In this document: positions 52,948-63,293 of the stretch, piece by piece | Layout: each line of letters begins with the position of its first letter | How positions within the stretch are numbered: position 1 is the first letter of the stretch | Origin: PVC group bacterium | GTDB taxonomy: Bacteria > Verrucomicrobiota > Kiritimatiellia > CAIKKV01 > CAITUY01 | Assembly (NCBI GenBank): GCA_945890715.1 | Contig: CAMDCX010000003.1 | Location: 7,906 to 71,905 of the forward strand | Length of the DNA: 64,000 nucleotides | Reading direction: 5' to 3' | Translations under genes and position numbers: made by a program | The notes under the pieces: model-generated | Told to the model about the DNA's origin: nothing | Seen by the model: only the letters and a program-made list of their open reading frames with translations | The model's database searches: none

Positions 52948-54543
52948 TTAGACTCGGGGTTCTCCCGGTTTCGGCGCCGTGTTGAAAAAACTCTCCCCCG
53001 TCTCAGCGTTTCGGATTTCAAAATCCTCAACATGCCGCCCGGGGTCCGCCCGGAAACTGAGATATCCCGAAAATTTACTCTCCAGATCCATCAGAATCAT
53101 TTCGTCTTCCTTGCGTAGACGCTCCAGCACCGTTGGATTGACTACGACCTGAAGCTTTCGCTGTCCTGCGTCCTTGAACCGTCGCATCAACGCCGAAACC
53201 TGCCGCTGGATCTCTACGCTCATTGAAAGCGAGGACTTCACACTGCCCTTGCCCTTGCAGTACGGACAATCGACATACATCGATGAAAGCACGCCCTCAT
53301 CCACGCGTTGCCGGGTCATCTCCAGTAACCCCAGGTTCGAAATCGGAAGCACGTTCGTCTTCGCCTTGTCTCGATGCAGGGCGTCTTTGATCGTTTTAAA
53401 GACCGCGTTGCGATTCTTTTTCTGCTTCATGTCGATGAAATCGACCACGATCAACCCACCCACGTTGCGAAGTCGCAACTGACGGGCCACTTCCTCAGCC
53501 GCCTCTGTATTCACTTCAAATATCACATCCTCCTGGGTCTGGCCCCCTTTGTGTCGGCCCGTGTTCACATCCACCGAGATCAGCGCTTCGGTCTCCTCAA
53601 AGATGATGTAGCCACCGGACTTGAGCATCACTTTCCGGGCAAAGGCATTTTCAAGTTGCCGCTCCAGATTGAAATGCTCAAAAATCGGCACCGATCCCTC
53701 GTACTGCTGAATTCGGGAGCGAACCCGTCTGGAAATCCGGGAGGCCAGATCCTTAATGCTTTCAAACTTGGCCGGGTCATCAACCACAATGCGATCAATA
53801 TCTTCAGTCAGCCAGTCGCGCACCACCCGTTCCACCAGGTCGAGCTCCTCATAAAGACAGCATGGCGCGGGCGTTTCGCGGATTCGCCGGGTAATTTCGG
53901 TCCACCCATCCACCAGCCCGCGCATGTCACGGACAAAGCTTCTCTGCTTGGCGCCCATCCCCGCCGTGCGAATGATCAGCCCCACTCCCTCCGGCATCGG
54001 CAGACGGGCCAGGACCTTCTTAAGGCGCATACGCTCTTTCTCGTCCTCAATCTTACGGGAAACCCCCTTCAGATTACTCCCCGGCATCATCACGAGATAA
54101 CGACCCGGAATGCTCAGGTTTGCCGTCACGCGGGGGCCTTTTGTACTGATGGGCCCCTTAGTCACCTGCACGACGATTTCGGAGCCGATCGGAAACATTC
54201 GCGCGATTTCTTCGCTCGAATACCGCTTCTTTTTAGCCATCGTCCGGATCGTGATATCTTCGGCCGCCTCCAATCGCGCCGCATCCTCCGGAATCATATC
54301 CCAGTAATGCAGAAACGCATTTTTTTTAAGGCCAATATCCACAAAGGCCGCCTGCAACCCATCCTCAAGGTTCTTGACCACCCCTTTGTAAATGCCCCCC
54401 ACAATCCGCTCCTCGGTGGGATGTTCCACCTGAAACTCCTCAAGCTTGCCATTCTCGAGCACCGCCACACGCGTCTCGAGGCTTTCGACATTGATGACAA
54501 TCTCACGCTTAAAACTCTTCCGCCCAAACCGGAATCCAAACAT
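52948..54543 (-). CDS. ribonuclease E/G family (Rne/Rng)
   Basis: AAFVDIG S1 domain, KGPRVT, VDVNTG, RQLRLRNVGGLIVVDFIDM, CPYCKG. Confidence 0.93.
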   Translation of the reverse strand: MFGFRFGRKSFKREIVINVESLETRVAVLENGKLEEFQVEHPTEERIVGGIYKGVVKNLEDGLQAAFVDIGLKKNAFLHYWDMIPEDAARLEAAEDITIRTMAKKKRYSSEEIARMFPIGSEIVVQVTKGPISTKGPRVTANLSIPGRYLVMMPGSNLKGVSRKIEDEKERMRLKKVLARLPMPEGVGLIIRTAGMGAKQRSFVRDMRGLVDGWTEITRRIRETPAPCCLYEELDLVERVVRDWLTEDIDRIVVDDPAKFESIKDLASRISRRVRSRIQQYEGSVPIFEHFNLERQLENAFARKVMLKSGGYIIFEETEALISVDVNTGRHKGGQTQEDVIFEVNTEAAEEVARQLRLRNVGGLIVVDFIDMKQKKNRNAVFKTIKDALHRDKAKTNVLPISNLGLLEMTRQRVDEGVLSSMYVDCPYCKGKGSVKSSLSMSVEIQRQVSALMRRFKDAGQRKLQVVVNPTVLERLRKEDEMILMDLESKFSGYLSFRADPGRHVEDFEIRNAETGESFFNTAPKPGEPRV

Positions 54544-54567
54544 ACTTGCCTTCCTTTCTTTACGGCC

Positions 54568-55746
54568 TCACAAACCCGGACGCCGCACATATACACTCTG
54601 AATCAAACCTAAAGTAAACAGGGTGATCACCATGAACGTTCCGCCGTAACTCACCAGAGGCAGGGGGATCCCCACCACCGGAAGCACGCCGATCGTCATC
54701 GCTACATTCACGAACGCATGCGTAAAAAACATCGTCACGATGCCCACACATAACACCCGCCCCATCTTGTCGCGCGCCACCATGGCCGCGTATAACCCGC
54801 AAACCGTCAGAATCCCATACAGCGCCAGCACCAGTAACGCCCCCGCAAATCCCGTCTCCTCCGCAATAACGGAAAAGATAAAATCGGTAGGGGCCACTGT
54901 TCGCGGAAGGAAGCCCAGAATATTCTGGGTTCCATTCAGGAATCCTTTTCCCGTGAGTCCACCCGAACCCACGGCTATCTCAGACTGACGCTTGTTCCAC
55001 CCCGTCCCCATCGGATCCTTCCCGGGGTGCAAAAACACCGCAATCCGGTCGCGCTGGTAATCGCTTAACCGGATCGTTTGAAAAAACTTCTCCTGGTGCT
55101 CGGGCGTCATGCCCAGCCGTTCAGGCAGGGCCACCGCCGCCAGCACCAACAGCACAACCAACGCCCCGCCAGCCATCAGCGTCACCAACGGCCGCACCGG
55201 GGTTCCCGCCGCAAACAGCATGGCCGTCACAATCGGAAGAAACACCAGCGCACTCCCCAGATCGGGCTCCTTCATCACCAAAAGCATCGGCACCCCGGCT
55301 AGGGCGAACAGCTTCCACAAGGACGGCAACCGGGCATACTTTTCCACCAGCGGGCTCAACAGGCAGGCTCCAAGGATAATCACCGCCAGCTTCCCGATCT
55401 CAGACGGCTGCACCCCGACACCCAGAAACATCAGCCAGCGCTTCGCCCCATAGATCCGGGTTCCAAAAAACAACACCGCCACCAGCAGGATCACCCCCAT
55501 GGCATAAAGCCCCCAGGAGACATCCCGGAGTCGGCGATAATCCGTCATCGCCGTCATCAGATAACATCCCAACCCCGCCGCCGCCCACACCATCTGCTTC
55601 CGGAAAAGATCCGCCGTGGAATCCTCCCGCATCGATGTGGCGCTATAAATAAAAAATACGCCGATCACAATCAGTCCCAGGATCGCCGCCAGCATCAGCC
55701 AGTTCATTCGCTTAAGCAGGCGCAGACTGGAGAGAAATTCACTCAT
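54568..55746 (-). CDS. rodA: SEDS glycosyltransferase RodA
   Basis: GAKRW, QPSE, EPDLG, GSGGLTGKG, TDFIFSVIAEE, LPLVSYGG. Confidence 0.94.
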   Translation of the reverse strand: MSEFLSSLRLLKRMNWLMLAAILGLIVIGVFFIYSATSMREDSTADLFRKQMVWAAAGLGCYLMTAMTDYRRLRDVSWGLYAMGVILLVAVLFFGTRIYGAKRWLMFLGVGVQPSEIGKLAVIILGACLLSPLVEKYARLPSLWKLFALAGVPMLLVMKEPDLGSALVFLPIVTAMLFAAGTPVRPLVTLMAGGALVVLLVLAAVALPERLGMTPEHQEKFFQTIRLSDYQRDRIAVFLHPGKDPMGTGWNKRQSEIAVGSGGLTGKGFLNGTQNILGFLPRTVAPTDFIFSVIAEETGFAGALLVLALYGILTVCGLYAAMVARDKMGRVLCVGIVTMFFTHAFVNVAMTIGVLPVVGIPLPLVSYGGTFMVITLFTLGLIQSVYVRRPGL

Positions 55747-57575
55747 CCCCCCGCCCCCGTTTCCGTCGCCGGAGTACCGCCGAAAATCCCCAGCATCAGC
55801 TCATGCACCCGAGGCCCCACGGTCAGCCCGCCCGATACCGCATCATCCACCACCATGGCTACCGCATAACGGGGCTTGTCATACGGCGCGAACACGATCA
55901 TCCAGCCGTGTTTCTTGCGATCTTCCTTTTGTCCGTATTCCGCCGTCCCGGTCTTGCCGGCCATTTCAACACCGGGAATCCCGGCCCGTCTTCCGGTACC
56001 CGTAGGCGCCATTACCACATCATGCATCCCCTGGCGCACCGCCTCCATCACCGCCGGGGCCACGGGAAGCTGCCTCACTTTGACGGATGGAAAATTCGTC
56101 AGGATCGTTCCCTGCCAGTCCCGCAGGGCTGTCACCAGACGCGGCCGGTATACCGCTCCCCCATTCGCCAACGCGGCGGCCATCAATGCCATTTGCAGCG
56201 GCGTCACCGCCAACGCCCCCTGCCCGATCGAAAAATTACAGGTATCCCCGACACGCCAGTCATCACGCCAGGCATTCTTCTTCCACTCCGGAGTCGGCAC
56301 CAACCCCGGCGCCTCCCGATCCAGCTCAATTTCCGTTTTTGCCCCCATCCCGAATAGCAGAGCAAGGTCGGAGATGGCATCGTTACCACACTTGACGCCA
56401 ATCGTTGCAAAATACACATTGCAGGACTGCTCGATGGCGCGTCGCAGATCGACCCGTCCGTGCCCGTTCGGATTCCAGCACTTCATCGCTTTTTTCCCGA
56501 TCATGTAATAGCCCGGACAATCCACCGTCATCCCGACTGATACGGCTCCGTTGTTAAGAGCCGCCAGCGCCGTTACTGGCTTGAAAATGCTTCCCGGCGC
56601 GTACACCTCCGCCACGGCCTTGTTCAGCATGGGACGATTCGGATCCGCGTTTAACTGTTCCCAGAGAACCTTGGGGACAATCGGCACGAACTGACTGGGA
56701 TTGAAAGTCGGCGAACTGGCCAGCGCGAGGACATCACCGTTTCGGGGATCAAGGACCACCACGGCGCCGGGCACATCCCGGATCGCGGATTCGGCCAGCG
56801 CCTGGATTCGGCTGTCGAGCGCCAGAATCACCGAGTCCCCGGCTCGCGGCTCCTGCTCAACCTGCTCCGCATGCTTGAATCCCGACGCATCAATACGAAC
56901 CAGCCGTCCGCCCGCCTCTCCGGCCATTACCTTATCGAACTTGCGCTCCAATCCCATCTTTCCTTCCATCTCAGGCAAGGTGTACTGGTAGCCGGCAATA
57001 TCCGCATCGGATAACTCCGCCTTGCCTACATACCCGAGCAGGTGCGCCGCAAGCTCGTTTCGCGGATAGATCCGCGCCGGCTCGACATAAATGTCAACCC
57101 CGGTCATGTCGCAGGAAGCCTCGGTCAGGCGCGCCAATGCAGCGGGATCCAGGCTCCGCCAGGCCACAAGCGGCAGGGGAAGCCGCCGCCGGATGTGAAG
57201 CCAGATATCATCTTCGGTAATCACCGGCTTGCGACCAATGAGCACGGCAAGCTCCGTAATCCGCCGTTGAATTTCCGCCACAGTATATTTCCATTTCCCG
57301 GGCTTCCTTATCTCCTCGAGGTATAAGGCCAGGCAGTAACAGGGCTGATTGTCGGCCAGAGCGACCCCGTTACGATCCAAAATAAGACCCCGGGGGGCAG
57401 GCAGGCGGATCCGGCGCATGCTTTGCCGATGCAGGCTTTCCTCAAACTCGCCCTCGCGGGATACCTGAAGACTGAACAGCATTCCCCCAAGCAGAGCCAG
57501 AAGAACAAGCATAATGATCAGAATCAGTCGGATCCTGCCCAGCTCAGAATTGATCGTGTTGTTCGCTGCCGGCAT
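55743..57575 (-). CDS. mrdA: penicillin-binding protein 2
   Basis: APRGLILDRNG, SIFK (SxxK), SCN, KTGTA; lies between mreD and rodA. Confidence 0.94.
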   Translation of the reverse strand: MPAANNTINSELGRIRLILIIMLVLLALLGGMLFSLQVSREGEFEESLHRQSMRRIRLPAPRGLILDRNGVALADNQPCYCLALYLEEIRKPGKWKYTVAEIQRRITELAVLIGRKPVITEDDIWLHIRRRLPLPLVAWRSLDPAALARLTEASCDMTGVDIYVEPARIYPRNELAAHLLGYVGKAELSDADIAGYQYTLPEMEGKMGLERKFDKVMAGEAGGRLVRIDASGFKHAEQVEQEPRAGDSVILALDSRIQALAESAIRDVPGAVVVLDPRNGDVLALASSPTFNPSQFVPIVPKVLWEQLNADPNRPMLNKAVAEVYAPGSIFKPVTALAALNNGAVSVGMTVDCPGYYMIGKKAMKCWNPNGHGRVDLRRAIEQSCNVYFATIGVKCGNDAISDLALLFGMGAKTEIELDREAPGLVPTPEWKKNAWRDDWRVGDTCNFSIGQGALAVTPLQMALMAAALANGGAVYRPRLVTALRDWQGTILTNFPSVKVRQLPVAPAVMEAVRQGMHDVVMAPTGTGRRAGIPGVEMAGKTGTAEYGQKEDRKKHGWMIVFAPYDKPRYAVAMVVDDAVSGGLTVGPRVHELMLGIFGGTPATETGAGG

Positions 57576-57576
57576 G

Positions 57577-58083
57577 CTATCTTTCTTCCGCCCTTGTTAA
57601 TCCCACATGACGCTCAAGCGTGTCCGCCATCCACCATACCAGCGGCGCCACCATCAGACCCAGAAGCGCATTACCGCCTGCTTTCAGCGCCACCCACCAC
57701 AGAGGCATGTCGGCCGCAAGAGAATTCAGGGAGAGCATTCCATACAGGCCGAACGTGGTGAAAGCGGCCATCGACGCCCCCAGCACCGCCACCGTGAGAA
57801 AACTGTCCCGGAACATCGTCTCACGGGTCTGCACCACAAATAACGCAAAAACAACAAGACAAAGTGATGACGTTCCCACTGGAAACAGGCTCATGGTATC
57901 CTGGATCACGCCCGCCAGAATGGCCGCCGTCACAGCCATTCCCCTCGGATAAATCAGAGCGTAATACAACGCCACAGCCTGCAGAATCGGCGGCTTGGAA
58001 AGCCCCAACCACGCCGCCGCCGGAATCAGACCCTGAATGAGCGCGCCCACCAGTAATAAAAAGATCATGATTGCCGCAGTCAT
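57577..58083 (-). CDS. mreD: rod shape-determining protein MreD
   Basis: Multi-TM, AGVIQD..S..P.G pattern; position between mreC and mrdA. Confidence 0.82.
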   Translation of the reverse strand: MTAAIMIFLLLVGALIQGLIPAAAWLGLSKPPILQAVALYYALIYPRGMAVTAAILAGVIQDTMSLFPVGTSSLCLVVFALFVVQTRETMFRDSFLTVAVLGASMAAFTTFGLYGMLSLNSLAADMPLWWVALKAGGNALLGLMVAPLVWWMADTLERHVGLTRAEER

Positions 58084-58931
58084 TGGTTCTCACCCTGTTT
58101 CCCGGTCACCACCAGAACACTCCTGAGTCGACCCAGATCGGCCACCGGTTCAACATCCCCATGCTGATACAGCCCGGTCTCGTCAAGGGTCACCCGAACC
58201 ACTCGTCCCACGGCCAAGCCGGGCGGGAAAATTCCGCCCAACCCCGAGGTCATCACCCGTTCCCCGGCCTGAATTGCCAGATCCTTGCGCAAATAGTCCA
58301 CCCGGAAGGGACCGGGGACACACAACACCCCCGTGCTGTGGACACCCCTCAGCGAAACTCCACCGCCATGCAGAATCCCGAATGAACCCTCCTGGTCGAA
58401 TCGGACGGATACCTTGAAGGATCGGTCTGAAATCAGCAGGACATCGCACGTCTGATCCGACACCTCGGTCGTTCGGCCCACCACCCCGTCGGGTGTAATC
58501 ACCGGCATGTTGGCGGCAAGGCCGTGTTTTCGCCCCTTGTCCAATCGGAGAGTCTGCCACCAGCCATACCCGTCATCACGGGCAATCACCTCACAGGCAA
58601 CGGTTTTCAGGGATACTCGCCGCTGGTAGTCAAGCTGCGCGCGTAACTCCTGGTTTTCACGAGCCAGGGGCTCCAGATTCCGAAGTCTGGTGCGGAGCCC
58701 CATGGCCTCGCGGTCAAGCCGGTCACGCTCCTGGATCACCTCCGTGATATTCCCCACTGCCGAGGACGTCTTTTGAACACCGGACATCAAGCGGGTGACG
58801 CCACCCTGATAGGTGGCCATGCTTTCGCGAAAGAATTCCCGCAGGGAGGACGACACGGTGGGGGGCAGGTTCAGGAGAACCAGGAAAAAGGTCGCCAATA
58901 TCACCCAGAAAAGAAAATTTTTATCCCTCAC
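58080..58931 (-). CDS. mreC: rod shape-determining protein MreC
   Basis: TM plus coiled coil (ENQELRAQL), LDKG, GVVGR, TSGLGGIFPPGL. Confidence 0.93.
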   Translation of the reverse strand: MRDKNFLFWVILATFFLVLLNLPPTVSSSLREFFRESMATYQGGVTRLMSGVQKTSSAVGNITEVIQERDRLDREAMGLRTRLRNLEPLARENQELRAQLDYQRRVSLKTVACEVIARDDGYGWWQTLRLDKGRKHGLAANMPVITPDGVVGRTTEVSDQTCDVLLISDRSFKVSVRFDQEGSFGILHGGGVSLRGVHSTGVLCVPGPFRVDYLRKDLAIQAGERVMTSGLGGIFPPGLAVGRVVRVTLDETGLYQHGDVEPVADLGRLRSVLVVTGKQGENQ

Positions 58932-59001
58932 GTCAAAAGTCCTTTAAATCAAACAAAACCCACTTGGACGTGGAGAGGACGGACTTTGAGGATGGTGATG
59001 A

Positions 59002-60123
<1,122 letters not shown>

Positions 60124-60204
60124 TCAAGCCCCAAATCCATCGGATAGTCTGGACAGAACAGGGGAATGGGTTGATAATTGCGTCCTATTTCCAAGGAGGG
60201 TGTT

Positions 60205-61164
60205 GTGCATCGAGCGAGTCTGACCGTCCTGCTGGGCTTCATAGCCCTGGCCCAAACAGGTTTCACCCTGCCCCAAAAGGAGGCAACAATGAATGAATGG
60301 CGCAAACTCACCCCGAAGGAAGAACAGGTTATTGTTCAAAAAGGAACTGAAGCCCCTTTCAGCGGACGATTCGACAAATTCAAGGCCGAGGGCCTCTACA
60401 CCTGCAGGCGATGCGGAGCCGCCCTCTACCGGTCGGAAGACAAATTTGACTCAGGTTGCGGCTGGCCCAGCTTCGATGCCGAGATCCCGGGCGCAGTGAA
60501 GCGACTAAAAGATCCCGATGGACGACGTATTGAAATCGAGTGCGCCCATTGCAACGCCCATCTGGGACATGTCTTCACAGGCGAAAAGATGACCGCACGG
60601 AACACTCGACACTGCGTGAACTCGATTTCCATGGACTTCATCCCCCAGGCGGACATCGCCAGGCATTTTGAGCGGGCAATTTTTGCCGGAGGGTGTTTCT
60701 GGGGCGTGGAATATTATCTACAGAAGGCACCCGGCGTGTTAAGCACCACGATAGGCTACACGGGCGGCAAAACCATCAAACCCACCTATCAGCAAGTCTG
60801 CGCTCACGGAAGCGGCCATGCGGAAGCCGTCGAAGTGGTGTATGACCCGCGCCAAACCACATTTGAAAAAATGGCCCGTCTCTTTTTTGAGATTCATGAC
60901 CCCACGGAACTTAACCGCCAGGGCCCGGACGTCGGTGACCAGTACCGTTCGGAAATCTTCTATCTGACATCGGAACAAAAGGAAATTTCAGAAAAGCTCA
61001 TTAAAGCACTCAAGAACAAGGGCTGGGCAGTCGTCACCCGCCTCACCCACGCCGTTGCCTTTTGGCCTGGTGAGGAGTACCACCGTGATTATTACCTGCG
61101 AAACGGGAAGACCCCCTACTGCCACCGCCCTGTTCCAAGATTTGAAAAAGGAGAAACCTTATGA
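60205..61164 (+). CDS. msrAB: bifunctional methionine sulfoxide reductase, MsrB-MsrA order (second start at 60289)
   Basis: MsrB: GTE.PF, KFDSGCGWPSF, HLGHVF, RHCVNS. MsrA: AGGCFWGVE, HAEAV, IHDPT, QYRS, EEYH..Y. Confidence 0.93.
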   Translation: MHRASLTVLLGFIALAQTGFTLPQKEATMNEWRKLTPKEEQVIVQKGTEAPFSGRFDKFKAEGLYTCRRCGAALYRSEDKFDSGCGWPSFDAEIPGAVKRLKDPDGRRIEIECAHCNAHLGHVFTGEKMTARNTRHCVNSISMDFIPQADIARHFERAIFAGGCFWGVEYYLQKAPGVLSTTIGYTGGKTIKPTYQQVCAHGSGHAEAVEVVYDPRQTTFEKMARLFFEIHDPTELNRQGPDVGDQYRSEIFYLTSEQKEISEKLIKALKNKGWAVVTRLTHAVAFWPGEEYHRDYYLRNGKTPYCHRPVPRFEKGETL

Positions 61165-62012
61165 CCCATCAGGCTGAAACTAAAAATATGGCTCTGTTCT
61201 GCGATTTCGAGAATGTCGCCCTCGGCGTTCGCGACGCCAACTATGCCCAATTCGACATCAGCAAGGTGATCGAGCGACTTTTGCTTAAGGGAAACATCGT
61301 CGTCAAAAAGGCCTACTGTGACTGGGGTCGCTACAAGGAGTTCAAGGCGACCATGCATGAGGCGTCTTTCGAACTCATCGAAATTCCGCATGTACGGCAG
61401 TCGGGCAAGAACTCGGCAGATATCCGGATGGTGGTGGATGCGCTCGACCTCTGCTACACGAAGTCCCATGTGGACACCTTTGTCATCATCAGTGGCGATT
61501 CGGATTTCTCACCTCTGGTCAGCAAGCTCCGGGAAAACAATAAAATTGTAATCGGGGTCGGCGTCAAGAACTCGACCTCTGATCTTCTGATCGCCAACTG
61601 CGATGAGTTCATCTACTACGATGATCTGGTACGGCGCCAGGCGCCTCGTCCGCCCCCTCCCCCGCGCCCCAGCATCCCTGCCGGACGTAAACCCGTGCGT
61701 CAGACGCCCCCGCCGCCTGCGCCTTCTTCGCCCCCCAACGACAAAAAGAGGGAAGCCTTTGAGCTGATTGTCTCCACGGTTGAGGCGCTGATCCAGGAAC
61801 GGGGCGAAGGCGACAAAATCTGGGGCTCCATGATCAAACAGACGCTTAAACGGCAAAAACCGGGATTCAACGAATCCTATTATGGCTTCCGAACTTTCAG
61901 CCAGCTCCTCGATGAGGCCGCCGCGAGCGGTGTTCTGGAACTGGAACATGACGAAAAATCCGGCGGTGTCATCATCAAGAACTGCCACGCCCGCGATCCG
62001 CTTCCTTTTTAA
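61161..62012 (+). CDS. NYN (PIN-like) domain protein with C-terminal OST-HTH/LOTUS domain (LabA/DUF88 family)
   Basis: CDFEN, KNSAD, SGDSDFSPL, CDEF; Pro-rich linker; PGFNESYYGFRTFSQLL. Confidence 0.88.
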   Translation: MTHQAETKNMALFCDFENVALGVRDANYAQFDISKVIERLLLKGNIVVKKAYCDWGRYKEFKATMHEASFELIEIPHVRQSGKNSADIRMVVDALDLCYTKSHVDTFVIISGDSDFSPLVSKLRENNKIVIGVGVKNSTSDLLIANCDEFIYYDDLVRRQAPRPPPPPRPSIPAGRKPVRQTPPPPAPSSPPNDKKREAFELIVSTVEALIQERGEGDKIWGSMIKQTLKRQKPGFNESYYGFRTFSQLLDEAAASGVLELEHDEKSGGVIIKNCHARDPLPF

Positions 62013-62015
62013 CTG

Positions 62016-62091
62016 GTAGGGCGGCCAGGCTCTGGCCGCCGCGGCGCGCAAGGGCCCTTCGGCAAGCTCAGGGGAGCCCTGCGCGCCCTAC
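62016..62091. repeat. GTAG-type REP-like palindromic doublet between convergent genes
   Basis: GTAGGGCG...CGCCCTAC ends; internal hairpins GGCGGCCAG/CTGGCCGCC and GGCGCGCA/TGCGCGCC. Confidence 0.7.
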
Positions 62092-63281
62092 CTGACATAA
62101 CAGGGCGGAGGAGAGATAGGGGTATCGCGGTATTGGCCGGGAGAGCCGGGAAGATTCGACTCGGCGGCTTTCACCAGATTGTGCATTTCGCGGGCGGTCA
62201 CATAGTGAAGCTGCCAGTGATGTCCGTCATTAAACTCCCGCTGTAAGGTTTCGTGCATAGCCCGCATCGGGGAGCCCAGAAGCACCCTGGTATTACCCGG
62301 CACACAACCATGAGTGTGAAGCTTTACAAACACCCAGTCAGGTCGTCCCTTCACCCCGATCTGCTGACGTGCCCACAACCGGACCCGATCCGCTGTCGGC
62401 AAATTCGCCCCTGAAATATCGGCATTTTCCAGTCGCGGCAAAATCCCCCATTTGCGACGCCGCCAGTTAAGGGCCAAAGGGCCGGTGATGAGCATCAATG
62501 GAACAGTTGTTGAGCTGCCCCGTTGTTGGGTTGTTGAGCAAGAACTCAGAGAGTCCTGCGAACTTTCATTTAACAACCCAGCAACCCGACAACTTGACAA
62601 CTTTCCTTTATCTGCCCCGCGCGGCTGGCCGGGCACATCTTTTGCATAGTAAATCGCATTCACCATCTTCGGCTGTGTTGGCGACGGAGCAGACGGAAAG
62701 GTGAAATCCGCATAGCAACCTGTTTCCGCGAGGATTCCGAGTTCCTCATTCACTCCGCACCAGTCCCCATCCGGCCGCGAGTTGCACAACGACCAGTTGC
62801 CATGGATAAAGGCGTAGCGAATAGAGGGGTCACCCTGAACCCTGAACCCTGCCCCCCTTTTCTCTTCCCCCAACAGCCCGTGTTTTTCATGTAATAGATC
62901 GCGGAACGCTACCAGCTTTCCCTGAAACCCCTCGGCGGTATCGTGTCGGTGATGGAGGTGAATTTCGACCTCACCAAACCCGCGCCGACAAAAGGCGGCG
63001 AGGGAGTCGAGAATAGTCGCATCATACTCCTCCTGCGGATAAAAAAAGGTGTGGCGCGGGGGAAGACCTTCGGAATCACGATAAGAGTCAACCGATCCCG
63101 GATAAGCCGCGAGCCAATCGTGCACCGTCTGGCGGGCGGCAGCCACATCGACGCCATCACGAAACGGCTCGTAATGGTCGCACACACAGACGACTAGGTG
63201 GCGGATACCAGTGACCGGGCCAGGGCGAGCCAAAAGTGACCGAAGGTAACCCGGAAACCACTTATCGATGGCTTTAAACAT
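62088..63281 (-). CDS. conserved hypothetical protein, probable metal-dependent carbohydrate esterase/deacetylase-like fold
   Basis: DHYEP, HTFFYP, EIHLHH, FIHGNW, YADFTFPS, VKLHTHG (His/Asp-rich); adjacent to a YfhO-like gene. Confidence 0.6.
   Translation of the reverse strand: MFKAIDKWFPGYLRSLLARPGPVTGIRHLVVCVCDHYEPFRDGVDVAAARQTVHDWLAAYPGSVDSYRDSEGLPPRHTFFYPQEEYDATILDSLAAFCRRGFGEVEIHLHHRHDTAEGFQGKLVAFRDLLHEKHGLLGEEKRGAGFRVQGDPSIRYAFIHGNWSLCNSRPDGDWCGVNEELGILAETGCYADFTFPSAPSPTQPKMVNAIYYAKDVPGQPRGADKGKLSSCRVAGLLNESSQDSLSSCSTTQQRGSSTTVPLMLITGPLALNWRRRKWGILPRLENADISGANLPTADRVRLWARQQIGVKGRPDWVFVKLHTHGCVPGNTRVLLGSPMRAMHETLQREFNDGHHWQLHYVTAREMHNLVKAAESNLPGSPGQYRDTPISPPPCYVR
62505..62602. repeat. 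inverted pair of 4x8-bp tandem arrays inside a CDS
   Basis: AGTTGTTG AGCTGCCC CGTTGTTG GGTTGTTG ... TAACAACC CAGCAACC CGACAACT TGACAACT. Confidence 0.65.
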
Positions 63282-63293
63282 GGAGGGAGAGCC

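Noticed and set aside
60289-61164. Selenocysteine-containing Msr
   Set aside because: The catalytic positions are ordinary Cys codons (GCFWG, RHCVN) and there is no in-frame TGA.
62505-62602. CRISPR array
   Set aside because: The units are contiguous 8-mers without spacers, and there are no cas genes in the window.
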